DNA of 64,000 nucleotides, from assembly GCA_963693365.1 (NCBI GenBank), contig CAVNZM010000011.1, forward strand, positions 7,211,921 to 7,275,920, given 5' to 3'. Origin of the DNA: Amoebidium appalachense (Eukaryota > Protista > Ichthyosporea). Below are positions 45,103-64,000 of this stretch, piece after piece; position 1 is the first letter of the stretch; each line of letters opens with the position of its first letter. Both the position numbers and the translations under genes were made by a program. Under the pieces are notes generated by a model, which saw only the letters and a program-made list of their open reading frames with translations, was not told where the DNA came from and made no database searches.

Positions 45103-54976
<9,874 letters not shown>

Positions 54977-56600
54977 CTTCCTAGTCTGTACGTACCAAAC
55001 ACTAGAATTCGTCTGCAGAACTTTTAGTTTTAGTGCTCGTTGCTATACAGGCCTACGTCTTCTTACGTTCTATTCATAAAAGTCTGAATCTGCCAAATGT
55101 CTTGTTTTCAAAACACCATGGAAGACATTACAGTCTTATTGCCTTGTAAACTTTACGACTGAGAAAACGAGAAAACGTGATCTCGAGCTGTCAGAAGGAA
55201 TTCGACGCCTTTATGTTGTCAGGGTTGGGCTGGGGTTCGCCAGCTTAACCGTATCGCCCTTTGGCCAATCGTAACGGACAATCTCTTAATCGTCACGGGT
55301 GGGTTCTTGGGGAGCTGCAAGCCCCGCACAAAACGCCCCTCCAGTCGCAAAACTCAAAATACGTGTTTTTACAAATTGAGTACCGCAAGATTACAAGCCC
55401 TGAAAACTTATCGGGGCTCGACATTGCACATGAGAAGCGGTGTAGATATGTTCTTGGGGGGGAATGTGCTGTTCTTGAACAGAAATTTTGAAAAATAGGA
55501 AAAATTACATATTCCAGCGTTTATATTGCTACACACCTGATACGAAAGCTGTTACGACGGTACCCTGACCTTATTCGTATCGGGGTCTCTCGTTAATCGT
55601 AATAACGACGATTTTTTACACTCCCTGAGCAATTACACACCCCGAAAGACTAGACAGGGCTTCATATTTCGATCTGCAGCTGGAGTGCCAAAATAACCAC
55701 CTGACCACCTTTTACCTGGTTGAAACACCCATTTTTGTATGAAAACACACCAAAGTACACTATTGTGGCTTATTTCACTGCTACGAAAAAAAAATACAGC
55801 ACCTTACAGCCTTAGTCGTACTGGGCCCCCTGGGCTCATTTGTAAATACGAGGTTTTTGGGTCGTAATTCAGCCCCTGGCGTTTGTAACGCCGCTCACGC
55901 AACGTAAAATGTGTTCCTTCAAACCACACAGAAAACATGGGTATATCAGTTAACTATCAACAAATTTTTGTTACAGCTTTTGTGTTTTATATACATATTT
56001 CTTTTCAATTACTCTGTGATGGGAGTCAAATATTCATGTAAGGTATCTGCATGACTCAGAGTCTGCCAACTCTTACGGGGTTTGAGAAAACTCCTGGGCG
56101 CGGGTCTCAGGAATGCGAGGATCGTTCACTCGCATTCCAGATGGTCAGCCGCAGTGCACTTTCAGACCTGTGGCTCCTTTTACCAGTGTCAGAATAAAAT
56201 ACATCTATATCATCTATTTTCACATTATTCGATGCGCTTTCTGTGCGTTTTACTGGTAGTCAAGCCCTCTGTAGGTATGCACTTATTGAGCTCCACGGTA
56301 ACCCGGCAAGATGAGGCTCGAGAAGTTCGACCGTGATTCTTCTTGGACAATACCTTCCAAATTTAGAAGGTTATAGTTTTTAACCGTTGCGTCATGAGCC
56401 TCATTCATCTCGGAATCATCTAGTTGTATTGGATCGCACATAGAGTCTACATCACGATAGACTGATCTGTAGAGTCTTCGTCGGACAGTGCAAAGAAGAA
56501 CGAGAGCAAGAGGGATCGGACCGTCAAAAACAAAACTTCCTTGAAGACGAGAGAGAAAAAACTTAGCCGGATAGCGGAATACCGCATTTAATATAGAAGC

Positions 56601-57025
56601 ATGGAGCAAGGTAGCGCGCTGGTTCTCACCGTCTCAGACGTGATAGAAGACCTTCAGTCAGCTGCAAAGGACGACTGTGTCTTTCAGCACACTTTAGAGG
56701 TAGGCTCTGACCCTCGCTCTGAACATGGTTTAGTTTTTGGTTGTGTATAGGATTTGTGGCGAGTGGTTTAGTGTTGTATGTGTTGAGACAAGGAAAATGG
56801 GTTAAGGGAGGGGCTAGAGAAGTTTTAGAGGGTGGAGGAGAGCCAGATAGGTAGGAAAGATTGGGTCAGAGGAAATCAGGGAGAGAGGGAGGGAGGGAGA
56901 GAGAGAGCGGAGATGTAGCGAGGAGGCGAGGAGTGAGGAGGGTGAAACGGTTGGACTTAGGGTACGAGGGAGGGGGACGGAATAAGGGAAGGTGAGGAAG
57001 GGATAGCGAGGGAGGGGGAAGAGGT

Positions 57026-57087
<62 letters not shown>

Positions 57088-57106
57088 GTGTGTATATATA
57101 TATATA

Positions 57107-57157
<51 letters not shown>

Positions 57158-58329
57158 GTGCGTGTGTATACATGTGTTTGCCTCCTTTTTCGACTGAGGC
57201 CTCGCTACCACCCCTGGCTGTGCGGATCGGGAGCTCTGTAACCCGTCTTCTTTTCCTTCCACACCTGTCCCCTTTCCCCCCTCTCCCCCCCCCCCCCCCC
57301 CCCCCCTTCCTCTCCAGCACCCCCCCCCCCCCCCCCCTCCCCGCCTCCCCCTCAGGATGGGAAACTTGGGCAGGCATGTGCGTGTGGGGGCCGATCGGAA
57401 GTGTGTCGTTCTCTTTGTTTGTTTGTTGGCTTGTTGGTTTGCTGGTCAGTTCTTTTATTTCAGGAGAGGGGGAGGGGGGGTCTTTGTACTAAATTAGACA
57501 GTACTCCTACACACCGAATAAATCGAAACGGGTTTGAGAGGAGGGGAAGAGGCAGGTAGGGCCTTAGAGTAGGAAGAAAAAACGCAGCAGGCACACTTGT
57601 CCAGGACACTTAAAGGTTTAATAAAATATTCACTACCTTTTGTGCTGCAGCCATACTCTCCTGTGTTCACCAAAAGACGAACTCAGATGCAGAAACTATC
57701 TGGTAAGACCCCTGCTCTCTTTCATCAGCCATAACAAGCTTTCTGTTTCAGTGTTTTTTTCAAGGTGCTCAATCTTGCCTGTTGGGGACGGTGCATAGCC
57801 ATAATATAAACTGAAGATCAAGCCCAGGCACACAAACGTGTTGTGCCTGTGTGTGCAGTGCAGGGAAGTGACAGTGTGTGCGTGTCTGTGTGTGTTTGTG
57901 TGCTTGCATGTTTGCTTGCCGGTGTGCCTTGTGTTGGACTGCCGGCAGAGGAAAGATGCATGTATTGGAAAGTTCATGCTTTTGCTATGCATAGATCCCG
58001 AGGGATGGTGCGCAGGAGTCAATAGGGAAATCCGTGGGAAGGCCAGAGCTGCAGATCGCATTCGCCAGTAGTAGTCGAACACACTGTTTCGGCATTATTC
58101 TCCCCCAAGTTTGCATTTTGTATGGTCCCAAGACGATGGAACATAGTGTTTGGAAGCAGCGAGTGTGGGATTGTACATGTAGGGGAGTTCCACGGGGGAA
58201 GGGGATTTTGGATACCAGGGTTTTTTTTGGGGGGGGGGGGGGGGGGAGGGGGGGGGATAAATAAAAAGATTTTGGTGTGTGTGTGTTTTTTTTGTTTTTG
58301 TTTTTGTTTTTGTTTTTTGTTTTTTTGTT

Positions 58330-58360
<31 letters not shown>

Positions 58361-59098
58361 GGGTCGTTATATATTCGTAATGCAGATATAGAATACAGGA
58401 CGACAAACTTCACAATATATTGTGACCCCCCCCCCCCCCCTCTCCCCCCCCTCCCCCCCCCTCCCAGGCGAATCAGTGGGTGGCAGAACTACCACTTCAC
58501 TTTCAGCAGGAAAGGTTCGGGCCCTGCCTCCATATCCCCCCCCCCACCCCCCCCCTTCCTCCAGCCCATATGGAACTTTTTTCACACCTTATCCTTGCCC
58601 CATTCATCTGTTGGCCCGGTGCCTTCCTCTCCTGCAGATTTGATGTTGCGCTGACGTGTTAGTGAGTGTCGTGCACTCATTCTTTGATGAACATGTGTGG
58701 CCTTCCCAATGTGTTTCTGCGCTTTTCTGGTGACTTCTTGCATGGTGTTCTGTGTTCCGCATAAACGCGTTGTGGTGATGCATGGTGCTCTGCACGTCCG
58801 GCTAAGCAACCTGTGTGCTTTCCCCTCCCCCTTCTCCCCCCCTCCCCCCCCCCCCCCCGTCCCCCTCCCCCCCTCTCAAACCCCCCCCCCCCCCTCCCTC
58901 TCTCTCGCTCTTTCTCCCTCCCCCCCCCCCCCCCCCCCCTACCCGCTCCGGCCTTTCGCACACACATACACACACACACACACGTATACAGGAACACATG
59001 GACGTGTACACACAAACACACACACACACATGTTATGCTCGCCTCCCGTTTCAATAAGAACATACCAGAATTCCTCCCATGTCACTCCCCTGCCACTT

Positions 59099-59129
<31 letters not shown>

Positions 59130-59420
59130 TGTGTAGTACTACATAAATGTGTGTGGTTGTGTCCGTACGGGTGTTCTGAGCCTAGTGCGTACGTGGTGTG
59201 TGTGATGGTTTGTGTAGGTCCACGTTGCTATTCAACGTGTATGCCACCCTCTCACGCATACATGCCGTTCCCTCCCCGCTAATCCCCCCCTCCCAAACAC
59301 ACACATATACACACGCAAAAGAAAAGAAACACACACACACACTCGCACTCAGACTCGCACTCATACACAGACACACTTGTGCGCAGATACACATACCCCT
59401 TTACCACCCCCAATCCCCCG

Positions 59421-59506
<86 letters not shown>

Positions 59507-59687
59507 ATCGGGCCCTGAACACACCAACCATACACAGGAATCTGCACTTGCAAAGGCCGAACAATACCGTCAGCTGAGAAAGTGGCTGGCATCAGCAGGC
59601 GACGCAGTTCAAGAAGTTGAACGTCAAACAGCTGAGCTGGAGCAAACGATTCAGGAACTGAATGCGAAGTTGACCTTTGCTACTTAG
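56601..59687 (+). CDS. Hypothetical small protein with a C-terminal coiled coil, about 122 aa
   Basis: Phase-compatible GT-AG chain 56601-56699, 57651-57702, 58468-58514, 59218-59238, 59538-59687, giving MEQGSALVLTVSDVIEDLQ...ESALAKAEQYRQLRKWLASAGDAVQEVERQTAELEQTIQELNAKLTFAT*. No family recognised. Confidence 0.5.
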
Positions 59688-62591
59688 GTGACGCTGCACC
59701 AAAGTAACTCAACATGGACTAGTCGGTGCAACTACTAAAACTTAAATGCGTGAATGTTGTGAAGTCTTAAGAGTGTTTTTTCTGTATGAACACTGACTGT
59801 AAATCATTTTAGATCCTAATTAGAAATACTCAACATATAAATTTCTGTTATGTAGTGCACTTGCTCCAACCCCACTGTGCCGTATACCGTAGGCCTGCAT
59901 CTATGTGATTGCTATCTTAGGATCCGGTCAAGGAGATTAGGAGGCCTTGGATCCGGTATCCTATGCACGCATTTTTTTTTTTTTTTTTTTTTTTTTTCCT
60001 GTCTCCAGTTTATTTTTACCTACCGGGTGAGGACTGGCTTTGTATGGATGCAGTCAGTCAGAGTGCGACGTGGGGGAGATAGGGTCCTCGGTTCCGGAGA
60101 AGTTTGCAAGGGCCTTGCTGGCTGGATGAATTTACGTATATACCGTCTCGAGACCTCTTTTCAGCGGCTATACTTGGACTCACAGTGCTATCCAACGCCG
60201 AGAGTCTCAATGAACATGGATTCATATATGTATAAGGCATGATATGAAGAAACGTTTTATGACAACTTGGCGCCGCGGCCGGCAACGGTAAATACAGCTT
60301 ATATATGTTTTAGAAAGGAAGACGAATCCCGATGCCACTTGTTGCATGCCGGGTCTATCTTCGGTGTAAAGTACACGTACCACGTTGTTTCTCCCATCAG
60401 CATGCATGTGTATCCATTGCTGCCACTTTCAAACCCACATGCGCCGGAGCAGTGCACACGAAGGGGCAAACCGACGGCCGTTGCCCAGGTGATCAAGCAC
60501 ACTACCTGGTGCATCAAGGTGCACCCAGACAATTCTATTGCGTTATTTGGCTCAGCTTCCATGCGGGTGCTTCTGCTCTTGCACTTGACCAAGCAAACAT
60601 GCTTTGCGTTAACCAAGCAAGCTTTGCCAAAGAGTGCAAAAGTAGACAGGACAAAACATGGGACAAACATAGCAACCAAAACGCCAAACAGAAAAGCAGT
60701 GCACTTCAACGTTTTTTCACCACAAGACTATCACAGTTTGTACTTTGTTGAAAGATCTTTTATTGATAGAATAGGCGCCGAAGACCATCTTTCGGCCAGA
60801 TGTCAACACCACGTACCTGTTGAAAACAAGAAATATTAGTCAGGTGTTTCAGAGGCTTGCAAGATTCAGGTCCCAACTTGTGCAAGAAGAATCAGCGACT
60901 TAAATTAGGTGGTCATAACCCAGAGGGTTACCGCTTCTCCTCTCATCATTTTCCCTTGCAACACGAGAGAGTGGCTTGGGGAGAGGGCGGGAACAACAAA
61001 AGAGTATTTACCTTAGCTTTGGTGATGGATAATAGAAATTTCGGCAGCACGAACGACCTGCAGAAGAGCAGGAAAAAGTTAGGCCAGGACCAGAAAGAAG
61101 AGTACGGGGACACGGATAACATTGTAAGCGTGGTTCAGTATTAAAAAGCTCGGTTTTACTCTTCAGCTTGGATTCAGGTGAAGAAATTCAATGAACATCC
61201 CAACCACACTTGTTGACCACAGCACAGCACGACACGAGGATGAGGAAAACCATCAGTGCAGGCGCATCTACACGAAGAGCACAGCGATGTTCCGAAAGTA
61301 CACACCTGAGGGCAGGCAGCTTCAGCAAGAAAGACGGAACGGACGTAGGGCAACGGAACACGTGTGCAGTAGAAGAAATCTGGGAGGAGAAAAGCGTTTG
61401 GCATTAGCAAGAGTGCATATTGAGAGTAAAGAGAAGGAGATAAGAACGCAGATCATCAGCACCAAAAGATTCCACACGAGCCTTCGGAAGAACGAAAGTT
61501 AAATGATTATTTTGTATCATCACATGGACCTGCTTGCTACCAAATTCTCTCACCCGTGGGGCACCCAAAGGTTTTTGACAGTGCCCCAATAAACGTACAA
61601 ACTAAAAAAGTCGAGCAGCCAAGCTCGCCACAACAACACACAAGAGAAAAAAACAACGCAGCACTCTAACAGGAACAATTTTGGGGTTTCAGAATGAAGG
61701 TTTTGCTTGTGCTTACCTAACAGTATAATCAGATCGAGACACGTGCAGAAAAAGAGAGAGGGTTGATGGAGGAAGGAATCGCACTTTTATACCTTTCGAG
61801 TCTGAATCCAATCCGATAAGTTTCCATATTTGACTATACCGATATGTTTTATGATTAGTGGAATATAATCGGCTTAGCAGGGGCAAATATTCTTCTTCTT
61901 TGACCGTTATAAGGGTTACGTCATTTGTGCCGGTGACGCACCAAACTTTGCAGGCATGCGCAAAGCAAAGTTCTTTCCGGATTTTTTTCCCTCTACCAAG
62001 CAAATAAAAGTGTGTATACGGCCACCTTTCGATGAGGTGCAAGTGCCAATTCTAATTCTTACTTTTGTGTGCTTTTTCCCCCAAGAGTCTCCGAGGGGTA
62101 GCAAGCTGACACCAAACACACGGCTTCTTCGTACTCCTTACCTGCCTTCCCTCCCCCTCCCTTTTCCCCTCCTCGGGCCCGCCCCCCCAGCCCTTCTTCC
62201 CCTTTTGTCGGATCTAACTTGGCAAAGTCACCGTCATCAATCCCATTTACAAACACCCCTCATTTCGAATCCTTTTCTCAGCTGACGCTTCACTCAACCC
62301 GCCCATTGAGTCTCAAAGTTTTTCTGACCACCACTGTCTCCCCATTGTGAACAATACATAACATTGAGTACCGTAGCCAGGATGCCGGCATTTTTGTGCT
62401 AGGCGCAAAGACCTTCAAAGCAACACGTGAGTATGTAAATGTAGGTCCTCGAAGATCCAGAATCTTCTGTGATCGAACTTTTACACACGAGATCATATTT
62501 ACATGCCTATTATTTTGAACATTAAACCGAACCTCAATACATTTTCAGGACAGAGTCGTGCGGCTCCCTCCGTGGGCCCATCTTTTCCATC

Positions 62592-62999
62592 ATGGTTCCT
62601 CTCCTGGTTCTTTTGTTCCTTTCCTTCTGCCACGGCACACCCATCCACCTCAAACTATCATCATCCTCGGGTGAAACCGGCAAGCGTCTAATCCTTCAAC
62701 GCCACGCCCAAGCAGTCTCCCCGACGGAATCCATGCAATTACCAGACCACGAAAGGCCACTTACCAGCAAGGGAGAGAGCGATAGCAACAGTGTCGGAAA
62801 GGACATGAAAGAGCTGGATTGGATACCTGAACATGCTCTGGTTAGTGACTCTGTGAGGACTGTCCAGACGTGGAAAATCATAAAGCAGGTGATGTTTCCA
62901 GAAAAGGATGATGGGGAGGGGGATGCTGCGGCGGCGGAGATCTTGCCGGCGTTGTACAATGTCACAGACTGTGCGGTTGTGGATGCGTTGCTTGAAAAG
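62592..62999 (+). CDS. First exon of a putative secreted protein; the gene probably continues past the window
   Basis: 136 codons of non-repetitive sequence starting MVPLLVLLFLSFCHG-TP (signal-peptide-like) and ending at AAG|GTACGG. A possible next exon starts near 63527. Confidence 0.5.
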
Positions 63000-63199
63000 G
63001 TACGGGAACGGAACCATTTGATGCTTCTCGCTTGGCTTGTGCAGGACATGTCTGTAAATTCCGTGATTCCCTCCACCCTCTTCGCTTTGCCCATCCTCAT
63101 AAATAAGTGCGCACAGAGCGTAGACTACCCTCTCCTCCCCCCCCCCCCCCCCCCTTCCCCGGAGCCTCTGCCGTACAGACTACCCTCTCTCTCTCTATT

Positions 63200-63263
<64 letters not shown>

Positions 63264-63442
63264 CATATATATCGCCCCCCCACCCTCCCCCTCTTCTTCC
63301 CCTCTTCTTCTTTGCACCGGCACTTTTGTTTCTCTGGTACATGTTTTTGACCAGTGTTGCTTGTCTGTGTTTTGGTTCATGTTGAGGTTCTCCTCTCTCC
63401 CCCTCCCCCCCTTTGTTTCCCCCTGCTTCTTCTTCTTCCTTT

Positions 63443-63477
<35 letters not shown>

Positions 63478-63704
63478 TGTGTGTGTGTTGTTATGTTATA
63501 ATATTGTCCAGTTTCCCTCCTGCCAGGTACTGCCTCTTTTTCCGCCAATCGAAACGTTACGTTCTTCGCTTTTTTCATCTTGGTGTCTGTGCTGTCTTTA
63601 TTATGAACGTCCGTGGAACCTTCACCTCCTTCCCCCTCCCCCGCTGCCCACACCTTCTCGATCCGTCCCTCTCCCTCTCTCCCTCCCCCACCCCCCTGTC
63701 TCTC

Positions 63705-63738
<34 letters not shown>

Positions 63739-63898
63739 CCCCCCCCCCCCCCCCCCCCCCCCCCCAAGACACACGCACAGAAGAGAGAGTCCCCTCCAGA
63801 AGAGTGAGGCGGGGGAGGGGGGAGGGGGAGGGGGGAGGGGGGGAGAGAGAAAGGTGTGGGGAGCATCCCTCTCTCTCTCTTTTGCTCTCCTCTCACCT

Positions 63899-63941
<43 letters not shown>

Positions 63942-64000
63942 ACCACACATAAACACACACAACAAGAGTGGGAGGGGAGGGGGGGGGGGGGGTTCAGTAG

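Noticed and set aside
56283-56609. Minus-strand 108-aa ORF
   Set aside because: No recognisable motif, and it overlaps the start of a better-supported spliced plus-strand model.
60057-61502. Non-repetitive ORFs 60267-60839, 60299-60709 and 61191-61502
   Set aside because: No family motif or consistent splice chain was found. They may be decayed gene or TE sequence but cannot be called.

Overview
Intron-rich eukaryotic DNA whose introns are full of poly-G/poly-C runs and (CA)n/(GT)n/(GA)n microsatellites. Almost all ORFs in the supplied track are repeat artefacts. COMMD4, a beta-arrestin-like protein and dihydroxy-acid dehydratase together suggest a non-animal opisthokont such as a unicellular holozoan (inference only). 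Splicing by hand at GT-AG sites gives four complete genes: COMMD4 (-, 9 exons, 200 aa), a class A DnaJ (-, 5 exons, 399 aa, ending CAQQ), a beta-arrestin-like protein (+, 10 exons, about 499 aa, FFAT-like tail) and a 4xCBS protein (-, about 9 exons, possible N-myristoylation). Three weaker hypothetical genes are also present. About 8.6-22 kb is a pseudogene/TE graveyard: a BTB gene split by a solo LTR with a 5-bp TSD, a truncated Copia-type element, a dihydroxy-acid dehydratase pseudogene with a TSD-flanked 5-bp scar, and a partial COMMD4 duplicate. The two most notable patterns are (i) a roughly 200-bp intronic repeat family that always lies sense to its host gene, ends in a branch-point-like CTAAC plus poly-C, and has a decayed hammerhead-like fold, and (ii) repeated 'echo' duplications of exon ends and splice sites into neighbouring introns. 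All coordinates and counts were derived by eye.
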